DNA from: Thermoplasmatota archaeon
GTDB lineage: Archaea > Thermoplasmatota > SW-10-69-26 > JACQPN01 > JAJPHT01
Assembly (NCBI GenBank): GCA_035540375.1
Contig: DATLGO010000070.1
Location: 2,416 to 66,415 of the forward strand
Reading direction: 5' to 3'
Length of the DNA stretch: 64,000 bases
This document shows positions 37,621 through 48,099 of this stretch, piece after piece. The notes under the pieces are model-generated. The model was not told the DNA's origin. It searched no databases and worked only from the letters and a program-made list of their open reading frames with translations. Within the stretch, counting starts at the first letter, position 1, and each line of letters begins with the position of its first letter. The position numbers and the translations under genes were made by a program.

Positions 37621-39435
37621 ATGCGTGTCAGCGTGTCCTTGATCACGGTCCTCCTTCTCGCCGCCGGCGCGGCGTCCGGCGCGGGATATTTCGTCGACAC
37701 GTCCTACGAGATCGACGAGCCCGGTCGGTCGACGCGGCTCGCCGCCATGGGCCAGCGCAACTGCATCGCGGAGGCCGTCAACGCGCGCGGCGGACCCGAT
37801 TGCCCGGTCCAGCCCATCGTGACCGGCTTCAAGCCGAACCCCACGTCCGGCATCCGCGTCCTCGACAGCCACTACACGACCCAGAGCGGGCTCCCGACGC
37901 CCGGCCTTCTCGTCGGAAACCTCGGGGAGACCGTCGACGACGTGGACGACGCGGTCGCCGCGGGCCGCGGCCCGACGCAGCCCGGCACGAGCCAGGGCGG
38001 CAACAATTTGCGCCGCGACTCGGGCGGTCTCCTGCCCGACGTCATCCTCCCCGGACAGGGCCAGCTTCGCGCGTGGTATGGCCACTGGAACGACCTCAAC
38101 GGGAACGGCGTCATCGAGGCGTGGCGCGGGACCGGCGCGGCGGCGCAGTCGAACGACGAATGGTTCTCGAAGACGCTCGGGAAGCTCGCGGCCTACGTCG
38201 ACCCCGGAAGCCACCCGCACGTGCGGAACCTCGACCGGCCCGGCGACTCGAGCCCCGATTTCTGGTACGTCCCGTACGCGGGCAGCAACTACGAATGGTA
38301 CCAGACCGGCCTCAACAACGACAACTACATCCTGTTCGTCGACGGGAGCCTCATGCGAACGCTCACCGTCCGCAGCGTCACGGAGCCCATCCTGTCCCCG
38401 AACGCCGACGGGTCGGCCCCGTACACGACGTCCCCCACGAGCCTCGTGGACATCGACGAGTATCCGGCGCTCGCTCCGACCCCCGTCGCCTCGGCCTATG
38501 CCGCGACGGTCGGCAACCTCGTGTGGCCCCTCGGAAGCCCGTCGCTCGGGACGTGCCCCAACGGATGCCGACCGGGGCCGTTCTCCCTGCGCGGGACGCC
38601 GATCCAGGGGCTCGAGCCCCTCCTTGCGCCGCACGTCCGTAATCTCTACGCCCCCTACCCCCGCGAACACGCGCCCGGCGAGGGCTCCACGAGCGCGGGC
38701 CGCCACGCGGACCACCTCGCCGCGTACCGCGGCTGGATCGACCTCATCCCCACGTGGGGCTACCGCAACGTCAGCCACCAGGAGGCCTCCTACTACGCCC
38801 GCGGCGGTCCCCTCCCCGGCAAGACCGCCGACGGTCGCCAGGCGATGATGCCCGGCTTCCTCTCGTTCGAGGTCCGCACCGGCATCTGGAAGGATCTCGA
38901 CGGCGACGGCTACATCGGGACGGCCGGGCCCGACCCCTACCACAGCGGATTCCGGCCTCTTCCGGACAACTACACGGACCCCCGCGGAGAATTCTTCGGC
39001 ATCTTCGCCGACAAGGGCTCGTACGCGAGCCACGTCTCCTTCCGCATCGTCCTCGTTCCCGACACGACGTGGGGCCCCGGCGTCATCGTCGTCGACGACT
39101 TCACGGGATCCCCGGGCGGCAACGACGTGGTCTGCACCGGCCGCAGCGCGACGGTCCCGAACTGCGTGAAGGATCCGACGCGATACGGCGCGTACACGGG
39201 AACGCAGCCGATCGTGCTGAACGCGCGCCGCGACGTGACCGAAGCCGGCGTCGGGAGCGATTCCGTGCCCGGCCTCTACCGCTCGAACGCGGCGTTCTTC
39301 CCGCAAGGCTCCGAGGGTTTCGCGTTCACCGCGTGCACGGAGCTCCTGACCCTCAAGTACGTCGAGAACGACGGCCCGGTCGAGGAGACGCTGCGCGACT
39401 GCGACTGGATCGGGCCGCTCGCGTCGCGGACGTGA
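37621..39435 (+). CDS. Secreted protein, novel paralogous family, copy 3
   Basis: About 60% identical to copy 2 across its full length. GGAGAGGG 7 nt upstream. Confidence 0.8.
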   Translation: MRVSVSLITVLLLAAGAASGAGYFVDTSYEIDEPGRSTRLAAMGQRNCIAEAVNARGGPDCPVQPIVTGFKPNPTSGIRVLDSHYTTQSGLPTPGLLVGNLGETVDDVDDAVAAGRGPTQPGTSQGGNNLRRDSGGLLPDVILPGQGQLRAWYGHWNDLNGNGVIEAWRGTGAAAQSNDEWFSKTLGKLAAYVDPGSHPHVRNLDRPGDSSPDFWYVPYAGSNYEWYQTGLNNDNYILFVDGSLMRTLTVRSVTEPILSPNADGSAPYTTSPTSLVDIDEYPALAPTPVASAYAATVGNLVWPLGSPSLGTCPNGCRPGPFSLRGTPIQGLEPLLAPHVRNLYAPYPREHAPGEGSTSAGRHADHLAAYRGWIDLIPTWGYRNVSHQEASYYARGGPLPGKTADGRQAMMPGFLSFEVRTGIWKDLDGDGYIGTAGPDPYHSGFRPLPDNYTDPRGEFFGIFADKGSYASHVSFRIVLVPDTTWGPGVIVVDDFTGSPGGNDVVCTGRSATVPNCVKDPTRYGAYTGTQPIVLNARRDVTEAGVGSDSVPGLYRSNAAFFPQGSEGFAFTACTELLTLKYVENDGPVEETLRDCDWIGPLASRT

Positions 39436-39542
39436 GGCGCGCCCGGCCCGGGCGCAGACCGTCCGAGCGGGGGGCGTCGGGCGACAGCGCGCCGGCGGTT
39501 TCTTGACCTGTCCGGTGCAAGCCGGCGGGAAGAGGCCCACCC

Positions 39543-41360
39543 ATGCGTCCGACCGTCCTCGCCCTCCTGGTCGTCCTCGCTCTGGCCGGACCCGCCTTCG
39601 CGGGCGGATACTTCTCCGACGCGAGGCTCGAAGCCGACGAGGTCAACGGTCCCGCGCTCGACGCCCTCGGGCAGAAGACCTGCATCCGAGAAGCCATGGT
39701 TGGGATGGACGCGCCCGGATGCCCGCGCGAAGTCGTCCCCTACGACGAATGGGAAACCCCCGGCGAGCCCGTGATGGGCACGCTCGTGCTCGACAGCTTC
39801 TACACGACGCACGTTGGCCTGCCCCCTCCGGCCGACGCGGCGAGGAATCTCGAAACCCTCGCGTCGGACGTCCAGGCCGCGCCGACGGAGCGCCCGGCGG
39901 TCAACTGGATCCCGATCCACGGCAACAACGCGCACCGCGATTCGGGCGGAACCGCGCCGGACGTCATCCTGCCCGGGCCGGGGCAGATTCGCGCGTGGCA
40001 CGGGTGGTGGGACGACAAGGACGAGGACGGCGTCATCGCGTCGTGGGGGGAAAGCGGCGCCCACGCGCGCGTCAACGACGAATGGCATTCCGGCGGCTCC
40101 GCGCGGATCGCGGCGTACGTGAGCCCCGGGTCGCATCCGGACTGGCGCAGCCTCGAACGGCCGGGCGATTCGAGCCCGGACTTCTGGTTTTCGCGCTACG
40201 TCCTCTCGGGTTACACGTACTACCAGTCGGGTCTCCAGGCCACGAGCTTCGTGGTCTTCACCGACGGATCGCTCGTCCAGCGCATGACCGTGCGGAGCGT
40301 GACGGACCCGATCCTCGCGCCGAGCGCCGACGGGACCGCGCCCTACACGACCACCGCGCGCAGCCTCGTCGACATCGACGTCTACGCGGCCGCGGCCCCC
40401 GGGCCCGTCGAAACGCTCTACGGCTCGACCGCAGCGACCTTCGTGAACACGCTCGGGAGCCCGAGCCTCGGCACGTGCCCGAACGGGTGCCGGCCGGGCG
40501 TTTTCTCGCCCCGCGAGATCGGCCTCGAAGCGAGCGAGCCCTTCGTCGCGGGGCTCGCAAGCGAGGTCTACGCGCGCTATCCGCGCGAGTGGGCCGATGG
40601 CGAAGGCTCCTCGTCCTCGGGACGCCACGCCGAACACGTCGAACGCTACGCGCCGTGGATCGACCTCATTCCCACGTGGGGCTACCGCTCGACGAACTTC
40701 CTCGATCCGTTCTACTTCCTGCGCGGCGGTCCCCTGCCCGGCAAGACCGACGAAGGGCGCCAGGCCATGCTCCCCGGCTTCCTCTCCTTCGAGGTGCGCA
40801 CGGGCCTGTGGAAGGACCTTGACGGCGACGGCTTCGTGGGCTCGGGCGGGGCGGACCCGTACTACGGCGGAACGCGTCCGCTGCCGGACGATTACGTCGA
40901 TCCGCGCGGAGAATACTTCGGCCTCTTCGCGGACGCGCTCGACGGGGTCGAAAGCGAGGTCTTCAGGATCGTCCTCACTCCCGACACCGCGTGGAGCCCG
41001 GGCGTCCTCGCCCACGAGCGTGTCGCGGTCACGGGGACCGATCCGGAGACGGCGGTCGCGTGCGTCGATCGCGACGCGGGGAAGCTCTGCGTCAACGAGC
41101 CGACCTCGAGCGGATACTTCGTGGGGCGCGAGACCTTGTCCGTATGGGCCCGTCGGGACGTGACCGGCTTCAGCGCGGGGGACGACCGGACGCCCGGCCT
41201 CTACCGGTCGGGCAGCCTCTTCTTCCCGTTCGGAACCGACGGCTTCGGCTTCACGGCCTGCACGGAGGCGCTGACGCTCGCCTACGCGGGGCCCGAAGGG
41301 GCGACGACCGCGACGCTGCGCGACTGCGACTGGATCGGGCCGCTCGCGTCGCGGACGTGA
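39543..41360 (+). CDS. Secreted protein, novel paralogous family, copy 4
   Basis: Same motifs. GGGAAGAGG SD-like sequence. Confidence 0.8.
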   Translation: MRPTVLALLVVLALAGPAFAGGYFSDARLEADEVNGPALDALGQKTCIREAMVGMDAPGCPREVVPYDEWETPGEPVMGTLVLDSFYTTHVGLPPPADAARNLETLASDVQAAPTERPAVNWIPIHGNNAHRDSGGTAPDVILPGPGQIRAWHGWWDDKDEDGVIASWGESGAHARVNDEWHSGGSARIAAYVSPGSHPDWRSLERPGDSSPDFWFSRYVLSGYTYYQSGLQATSFVVFTDGSLVQRMTVRSVTDPILAPSADGTAPYTTTARSLVDIDVYAAAAPGPVETLYGSTAATFVNTLGSPSLGTCPNGCRPGVFSPREIGLEASEPFVAGLASEVYARYPREWADGEGSSSSGRHAEHVERYAPWIDLIPTWGYRSTNFLDPFYFLRGGPLPGKTDEGRQAMLPGFLSFEVRTGLWKDLDGDGFVGSGGADPYYGGTRPLPDDYVDPRGEYFGLFADALDGVESEVFRIVLTPDTAWSPGVLAHERVAVTGTDPETAVACVDRDAGKLCVNEPTSSGYFVGRETLSVWARRDVTGFSAGDDRTPGLYRSGSLFFPFGTDGFGFTACTEALTLAYAGPEGATTATLRDCDWIGPLASRT

Positions 41361-41382
41361 GGCGCGACACCCGGCCGTCACC

Positions 41383-43134
41383 TTGATGCCCCCTCTCGCA
41401 CCCTCGACGCAGGGAGGCCTGCCGTTGCGCGCCATCGCGACCATCGTCCTCGTGGTCCTGATCCTCGCGAGCGTCCCCGCGACCGCGCTCGACCGCGTCC
41501 TCGACGTCGCGTACGAAATCGGGGAACCCGACGCCCTCGTCCACGAAGGGAGGGGTCAACATACATGCCTCGCGGCGGCGAGCTCCCTCGCGCTCAACGA
41601 TGCGCGTTGCCCCCTCGTCCCGACGGGCGGGACGGCGCCGGCGAATGGAGTCGTCGTCCTCGACAGCGTTTACCGATCGAGTGCCGGGCTCTCGAACCAG
41701 CGGGAGACAATCTCGGATCCCGAGGGACGTCTGCGGGAGCAACAGGACGAAGGCACCACCTCGGTGAGGGCGGACCCGCTCCCGATCGAGGTGCGGGTGC
41801 CGACGGGCCTCGCCGTCGGCGGCGACACGAACACGCGACGGGACTCGGGCGGCGATCTGCCCGATCTCATCCTTCCCGGCCTCGGCAAGTTCGAAGCCTG
41901 GTACGGATGGTGGAACGATCTCGACGGTGACGGCCTCCTCGAGTATCGCGACGAGCGGCAGGGCCAAGCCGTGGTCGCGCGCCCCGACAACGAATGGTCG
42001 ATCAAGAAAGGCGCGACGATCCTCGCCTGGGTCGAGCCCGGCGCGCACCCCGGCTACGCCGCCCACGACCGCCCCGGAAGCGCGAGCCCGGACTTCTACT
42101 ACAGCGTGAGCGGCATCACGTACAACTCGGTCGGCAACGGCCAGCACATCTTCCTCGGCGGATCCCTCCTCGGCGCGCTCACGGTCCTCACGGTGAACGA
42201 CGCGACGCTCGCGCCGAGCGAGTTCGGCCCCTACACGCCGGGGCCCGAATCGCGCGTCGACCTCGACCGCTACGTGGCCGTCCTCCCCGGGCCCCTGGAT
42301 GCGCTCTACCGAGGGACGGTGGGCCCCGACGTGGACGCCATGGGAAGCCCTTCCTCGGGAAGCCTCGTGGCGAACGGCGGTCGCGTTACGAACCCGCCCG
42401 ACGCAACGGGCACCGCGCTCGACGGTCCGCTCGCATTTGCCGCCGGGGCCGCGTACGGTCGATACGAGCACGAAACGGATTCCGACGCGGGTTCGACCGC
42501 AAGCGGGCGGCACGCGGACTTCGTCGCCGGCTACCGCGGCTGGATCGACCTCTTGCCGCGCTACGGTTACGCGTCCACGGGCGCTGCCGCCAACACGCAT
42601 GTGTTCCCCGGCGAGATGCCCGGGCGCGACGCCGACGGTCGGCTCGCGGCGCCGCCGGGTTTCGTCTCGTTCGAGGTTCGCACGGGCCTCTGGCGAGACC
42701 TCGACGCGGACGGTTGGATCGGCACGGCCTCCGCCGATCCCTACGAGGGCGGCCTGCGGCCTAACCCGGACGATTACGTGGAGACCCGGGGCGAGTTCTT
42801 CCCGCTCTTCGTGACGTCCCACCCGCCGAGATCGCAGCCGGTCTTCGCCATCACGCTCACGCCCGACGGGCCATGGGATGCCGTGATCGCGAACGGGGTC
42901 CGCATCGGCGGGTCCGAAACCATCACGCTGCTTGCGCGCGGCGTCGATCGGAATCCCGGCGTGTACCGGTCCGATTCCATCTTCATGCCGAGGGGAACGA
43001 TGAACGTCGCCTTCACGGCCTGCACCGAGACGCTCGGGCTCCGTTACGAGGATCCCGCGACGGGCCCCTCGGAGGCCGTGTTGCGGGATTGCGACCTCGT
43101 GGGGAATCTCGCCGTGTCGACGATTCCCGGATAG
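41383..43134 (+). CDS. Secreted protein, novel paralogous family, copy 5
   Basis: Divergent copy. The more likely start is the TTG at 41425, after AGGGAGG. Motifs include PGAHP, GRHADF, WRDLDADGWIG, DPYEGGLRP and DCDLVGNLA. Confidence 0.7.
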   Translation: MMPPLAPSTQGGLPLRAIATIVLVVLILASVPATALDRVLDVAYEIGEPDALVHEGRGQHTCLAAASSLALNDARCPLVPTGGTAPANGVVVLDSVYRSSAGLSNQRETISDPEGRLREQQDEGTTSVRADPLPIEVRVPTGLAVGGDTNTRRDSGGDLPDLILPGLGKFEAWYGWWNDLDGDGLLEYRDERQGQAVVARPDNEWSIKKGATILAWVEPGAHPGYAAHDRPGSASPDFYYSVSGITYNSVGNGQHIFLGGSLLGALTVLTVNDATLAPSEFGPYTPGPESRVDLDRYVAVLPGPLDALYRGTVGPDVDAMGSPSSGSLVANGGRVTNPPDATGTALDGPLAFAAGAAYGRYEHETDSDAGSTASGRHADFVAGYRGWIDLLPRYGYASTGAAANTHVFPGEMPGRDADGRLAAPPGFVSFEVRTGLWRDLDADGWIGTASADPYEGGLRPNPDDYVETRGEFFPLFVTSHPPRSQPVFAITLTPDGPWDAVIANGVRIGGSETITLLARGVDRNPGVYRSDSIFMPRGTMNVAFTACTETLGLRYEDPATGPSEAVLRDCDLVGNLAVSTIPG

Positions 43135-43138
43135 CTAT

Positions 43139-44887
43139 TTGGCCCATCGGACACCCTCCGCCCCAACCATGCGCGCCGTCTTCGTCCTCGCGCTCCTGCT
43201 TCTTGCGCCCGTTGCCGCCGAGTCCACCACGTTCGACGCCCGCCTCGAGATCGAGGAGCCGGGCGCGAACGCCCACGCGGCGCGCGGCCAGCGCACATGC
43301 CTCGCCGCCCCCGACGACCCCGCCTGCCCCGCCGTCCTCACGGGCCTCGCGCACCCGGCCCTCGGAGTGCTCGTCCTCGACGCCTTCGCCTGGACCTACG
43401 CGGGCGCGACGACTTTGCGGGACTACGCCGCCGAGCCGGGGCGCCCCGGCCAGGGGGGCCTCACGACGGCGGAGACGCGACGCCTGGGCATGAACCCGGC
43501 GCGCGAATCGCTCGGGATCCTGCCCGACGCGATCCTTCCCGGCGCCGGATCGTGGCGCGCGCTCCACGGGCACTGGAGCGACGACGACGGCGACCAGCTG
43601 ATCGAGGCGCGCTTCAACGGCTTCGCGCCCGTCGTGGGCAACGAATGGGCGCCCATCGGCGGCGCGGCCCGCGTGCACGTCTGGATCGAGCCGGGCAGCC
43701 ACCCCACGGTGACGACGCTCGACCGGCCCGACGCGACGAGCCCCGACCTCGTGCTCGACTGCGATCGCTGGACGCTCCTGTGCGATCCGCGCGGGGAGGA
43801 CGATTTCATCGTGGCGACGGACGGCTCGCTCCTCGGGACCGTCGAATCGGCGGCGGTCACGCGCGCCCTCCTCGCGCCGAGCGAGGGCCGTCCCTACACG
43901 ACCCGCGCGGATTCCCTCGTGGACCTCGACACCTACGCCGCGATCGCGCCCGGCCCCGTCGAGAGCCTGTACGCCGGCGTGGCGCGGCCCCTGCTGCTCT
44001 TCGTCGGGAGCCCGAGCTACGGCTCCGCGCTCTCGGACGGCGGACGCATCGGGCCGGTCCCCTTCGGCGGGACGGCGCTTGCCGGCCCCGCCGAGCCCGT
44101 CTACGAGGGCCTGTACGCGCCCTATCCGCGGGAATGGGCGCCGGGGTCCGGATCGACCGCGGCGGGCGAGCGCGAAAGCTACACCCTCCACTACGCGCCC
44201 TGGATCGACCTCCTCCCGAGCTGGGGCTACGGCGCCGTCGGCCTCACGAGTCCCCAGGGCGGCGCGGCCGGGCCCCCCACGCCGAAGCCGGGCGCGCTCC
44301 CGGGCCGCTCCGCGACGGGCGCGCAGGCGATGCTTCCCGGCCACCTCGCCTTCGAGCTGCGCACGGGCCTCTGGAAGGACCTCGACGGCGACGGCTTCGT
44401 CGGCCGGGCCGATCCGACGGACCCGTACGAAGGCGGATCGAAGCCGCTCGCGGACGATTACGCGAACGCCGCGGGCGAGTTCGCCCCGCGCGCCGTCGAC
44501 GAGCTGCTCGTCTCGACGTTCGCGCGCGTGGTGGTGACGCTTCGACCCGACCCGGACTGGGGCGCGGGCGTGCTCGTGAACTGCAACTACGCGCCGCTTA
44601 TCGTGAACGTCGGCGGATGGGCCGAATGCGCCCGCGACCCGTGGCTGTGCGCGTCGCCGACGACGGTCTGCGCGGTCGATCCCGCGGCGTGGCTCGTGAC
44701 GGGAACGCGGGAGATCCGCCTCGCGATGCGCCTCGACGGCGAGGCCGTCGCGCGCTCCGACGCCGTGCTGCTGCCGCGCGGCACGGACGGCTTCGCGGTC
44801 GAGGCCTGCGCGGGACCCTTCACGCTCTCGTGGGCGGACGAGCGCGCGACGGTCTCGGACTGCGACCGCATCGAACCCCTCGCCTGA
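43139..44887 (+). CDS. Secreted protein, novel paralogous family, copy 6
   Basis: Divergent copy. An alternative start MRAVFVLALLLL lies at 43169. Confidence 0.7.
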   Translation: MAHRTPSAPTMRAVFVLALLLLAPVAAESTTFDARLEIEEPGANAHAARGQRTCLAAPDDPACPAVLTGLAHPALGVLVLDAFAWTYAGATTLRDYAAEPGRPGQGGLTTAETRRLGMNPARESLGILPDAILPGAGSWRALHGHWSDDDGDQLIEARFNGFAPVVGNEWAPIGGAARVHVWIEPGSHPTVTTLDRPDATSPDLVLDCDRWTLLCDPRGEDDFIVATDGSLLGTVESAAVTRALLAPSEGRPYTTRADSLVDLDTYAAIAPGPVESLYAGVARPLLLFVGSPSYGSALSDGGRIGPVPFGGTALAGPAEPVYEGLYAPYPREWAPGSGSTAAGERESYTLHYAPWIDLLPSWGYGAVGLTSPQGGAAGPPTPKPGALPGRSATGAQAMLPGHLAFELRTGLWKDLDGDGFVGRADPTDPYEGGSKPLADDYANAAGEFAPRAVDELLVSTFARVVVTLRPDPDWGAGVLVNCNYAPLIVNVGGWAECARDPWLCASPTTVCAVDPAAWLVTGTREIRLAMRLDGEAVARSDAVLLPRGTDGFAVEACAGPFTLSWADERATVSDCDRIEPLA

Positions 44888-45032
44888 GGCAACCGTTCGG
44901 GCCAAAATCCACCGGCAAGATGACCTCGCCTCGGGCGCACCGAGTTTAAGGCGCGAGGGACCGTTCGACCCGCGCGCGACAGGCCGACGATACGTTGATC
45001 GCCCTCGGGGAAATGATCGATGGGTCTTCGCG

Positions 45033-46850
45033 ATGTCCGCGCCTTCCTCCCGTCCTTCCATCGGTGCTTTGCGCGCGGTGCCGGGCGACGGGACGCTCGA
45101 TCGGAAGATCCGCCCGCGCCGGGTCCTCGCGGCGGTCCTTCTCGTCGCGCTCACGGCGCCACTCGTCGCGGGCGCCCCCGTCGGGACCGAGCCGGCGTTC
45201 GAAGCCCGGGAGAACAACCGGGTATGGATCGACGGGGAAGGCCAGTGGAACTGCGTGCCCGAAGCGCTCGAGCACGTCGCGCGGGACGGTTGCCCCGTGC
45301 AGCCGACCGGCTCGGCGAGGCCCGCGCTCGGCGTCCGCATGCTCGACGACCATTACCTCACGTCCTTCGGCGTCGGACGTCCCTTCGAGAGCGCGCAAGA
45401 CCCCGCTTCAGGCCCCGACGCCGGCGCGGGGTCGAACCTGGAACGCTCGTCCCGCGGGTTCGTCCGCGATGTCGTCCTGCCGGGGGCGGGCACGTTCCGT
45501 GCCTGGTTCGGTTGGTGGCACGACGTCGACGACGACGAGGTTCTCGAGTACCGCGGAACGGGAGACGCCTTCGCGGACGGCAACGAGTGGGTTCCGATCC
45601 GTCGGCACCATCTCGTCTCCTACGTCGAGCCGGGAAGCCACCCCGGATTCGCGACCTTCGAAAGGCCGCAGGATTCCGAGCCGGATTTCGAGTACGACCC
45701 CGGTCTGACGCCTTACTACAGCGCGCGAACGCCGAGCGCCTATTTCGCGGGGGTCATCCTCTTCACGGACGGTTCCCTCGCCCGGACCCTCCAGGTCGCC
45801 ACCGTGACCGATCCGATCCTCGCGCCAAGCGGCGAGAACCGGCCCTGGACGCCGACCGAAGACTCGCTCGTGGACATCGACCTCTACGCGGCCGTGGCCC
45901 CGGGCCCCGTCGCGGAGGTCTTCGGCGTCGTGCTCGGCGACCTTGTCGTCTCGACGGGTTCGCCGAGCCTCGGCACCCTCGCGGAGGACGGTGGGCTGGG
46001 TCCCCGGCCGGCCCGGGACACGCCGCTCGAGGGGACCTTCGCCGATCCGCCCTACGGCGCGGCCGTGGGCGCCTTCTGGGCGCCCTATCCCCAGGAGTGG
46101 CGGCCCGGCGCCCGCTCCTCGAACGCGGGCCGCGGCGATGCGTACGCTCAGGCCTACACCGACTGGATCGACCTCATCCCGGGCTACGGATACGGCACCA
46201 CGGGCTTCCAATTCAGCGCATACACCGGCCAACCCGGCCCGCTCCCTGGGCGTTCCGCGACGGGGGGTCAAGCCATGGCGCCCGGCGCCCTCGCCTTCAC
46301 GCTGCGCGTCGGGGTCTGGCGGGACCTGAACCTCGACGGTTACGTCGGCGTGGCGAAACCCGGCGATCCCCACGACGGCGGGTCGGATCCGCGCGCCGAC
46401 GACTACGCGAGCCCGCGCGGAGAATATTTCGGAATCCCCGCCCGCACGCCTTCCGGCGACGTGCTCGATTACACGCGTCTCGTGCTGCGACCCTTCCCCG
46501 ATTGGGGCGCCGCCGGCGCATTCCTGTACTACCGCGGCCAACCCGACGTGATCGTCGAACCGAGCCGCGCGCCCCCGAATCCCGTCTGCTACTCGGCCAA
46601 CGGATGCCTGAACGATCCCGGCGCGTTCCACGTGACCGGGTCGCGACCGGTCGAGCTGAACGTGCGCCGCGACGTCTACGAGGCGGGGCTCTACCGCTCC
46701 GACCTCCTGATGCTGCCGCTCGGGACGTCCGGTTTCGAGATCGAGGCCTGCACCGACACGCTGCTCGTGACCGTTCCGTCGCATGCCGGCGAGGTTGTCG
46801 CCTCCGTTTGGGACTGCGACGTCATCGAGGCGTTCGACCCCGGGCCGTGA
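45033..46850 (+). CDS. Secreted protein, novel paralogous family, copy 7
   Basis: Divergent copy. Motifs include PGSHP, ILFTDGSL, WIDLIPGYGY, DPHDGGSDP, CTDTLL and WDCDVIEAF. Confidence 0.7.
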   Translation: MSAPSSRPSIGALRAVPGDGTLDRKIRPRRVLAAVLLVALTAPLVAGAPVGTEPAFEARENNRVWIDGEGQWNCVPEALEHVARDGCPVQPTGSARPALGVRMLDDHYLTSFGVGRPFESAQDPASGPDAGAGSNLERSSRGFVRDVVLPGAGTFRAWFGWWHDVDDDEVLEYRGTGDAFADGNEWVPIRRHHLVSYVEPGSHPGFATFERPQDSEPDFEYDPGLTPYYSARTPSAYFAGVILFTDGSLARTLQVATVTDPILAPSGENRPWTPTEDSLVDIDLYAAVAPGPVAEVFGVVLGDLVVSTGSPSLGTLAEDGGLGPRPARDTPLEGTFADPPYGAAVGAFWAPYPQEWRPGARSSNAGRGDAYAQAYTDWIDLIPGYGYGTTGFQFSAYTGQPGPLPGRSATGGQAMAPGALAFTLRVGVWRDLNLDGYVGVAKPGDPHDGGSDPRADDYASPRGEYFGIPARTPSGDVLDYTRLVLRPFPDWGAAGAFLYYRGQPDVIVEPSRAPPNPVCYSANGCLNDPGAFHVTGSRPVELNVRRDVYEAGLYRSDLLMLPLGTSGFEIEACTDTLLVTVPSHAGEVVASVWDCDVIEAFDPGP

Positions 46851-46906
46851 AGCGGGACCGCCGTCGCGCTTAAGCCTCGCGGACCCTTTCGAGGCGCGGG
46901 AATCCC

Positions 46907-48007
46907 GTGGCCGACATCCTCACCGTCCTGGCCGTCCTCATCCTCGCCGCGATCATGATCCTCGCCCTCTCGGGCGTCCGGATCGTGCAGCCCTACGAGC
47001 AGGGTCTGCTCATCGTCCTCGGCCAGTTCCGCCGGAAGCTCAATCCCGGTTTCAACTGGGTGTACCCGCTCATCTCGCAGGTGGTGAAGCTCGACCTCCG
47101 CACGCAGGTGCTCGACGTGCCGCGGCAGGAGGTCATCACGAAGGACAACTCCCCGACGAACGTGGATGCGATCGTGTACATCCGCGTCATCTCGCCCGAC
47201 AAGGCGTTCTTCGAGGTCACGAACTACAAGCTCGCGACGATCGCGCTCGCGCAGACGACCCTCCGCAGCGTGATCGGCGACATGGAGCTGGACGAGATCC
47301 TGTACAACCGCGAGCGCATCAACTCGCGCCTGCGCGACATCCTCGACCACGCGACCGACGCGTGGGGCGTGCGCATCGAGGCGGTCGAGATCCGCGAGGT
47401 CGACCCCGTCGGGCCCGTCAAGGCCGCGATGGAGGAGCAGACCTCCGCCGAGCGGCAGCGTCGCGCGGCGATCCTGCGCGCGGACGGCGAGAAGCGCAGC
47501 GCGATTTTGACCGCGGAAGGCCAGAAGCGGGCCCGCATCCTCGCGGCCGAAGGCGTGCGGCAGGCGAAGATCCTCGAAGCCGAGGGTCAGCGACTCGCGC
47601 GCATCCTCGAGACGCAGGGCGAGGCGCAGTCGCTGCGCATCCTCGCGATGGGCGCCGCGCCCCTCGACCAGAAGTCGCTCACCGTGCTCTCCCTCGACGC
47701 GGTGAAGGCGCTCGGCAACGGGCAGGCGACGAAGATCGTGCTCCCGTTCGAGATCTCCACGCTCATGCAGGGCGTCGGCAAGTTCCTCGGAGCCGGCACG
47801 CAGGTTCCCCCGATGGAACCTTCGAAGCAGAAGGAGCTCGAGCAGCTCATCGGCCCGGCCGAGCGCGTGCTCGGCACCATTCCCGACCCCACGGAGCTCT
47901 CGAAGGAGCTCGCCGCGATCGAGAAGGAGATGGCGGACGAGGCCGCGAAGACCGAGGAGATCGCGCAACGCGCCAAGCCCACGAGCCCGCCCGCGGCCGC
48001 CGAATGA
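46907..48007 (+). CDS. SPFH/band-7 (stomatin/prohibitin-like) membrane protein
   Basis: N-terminal TM helix, SPFH domain (IVQPYEQGLLIVLGQF...), and a coiled-coil EA-rich C-terminus. GTG start. Confidence 0.8.
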   Translation: MADILTVLAVLILAAIMILALSGVRIVQPYEQGLLIVLGQFRRKLNPGFNWVYPLISQVVKLDLRTQVLDVPRQEVITKDNSPTNVDAIVYIRVISPDKAFFEVTNYKLATIALAQTTLRSVIGDMELDEILYNRERINSRLRDILDHATDAWGVRIEAVEIREVDPVGPVKAAMEEQTSAERQRRAAILRADGEKRSAILTAEGQKRARILAAEGVRQAKILEAEGQRLARILETQGEAQSLRILAMGAAPLDQKSLTVLSLDAVKALGNGQATKIVLPFEISTLMQGVGKFLGAGTQVPPMEPSKQKELEQLIGPAERVLGTIPDPTELSKELAAIEKEMADEAAKTEEIAQRAKPTSPPAAAE

Positions 48008-48099
48008 CACGCTCCGGGCGCGCGTGCAGGCGCGGGTCGTTCCACGCCGCGGTCGGCTAGAGAAGGCTTATCTACGACGTGTCCTCCTAAGCCGACGAC

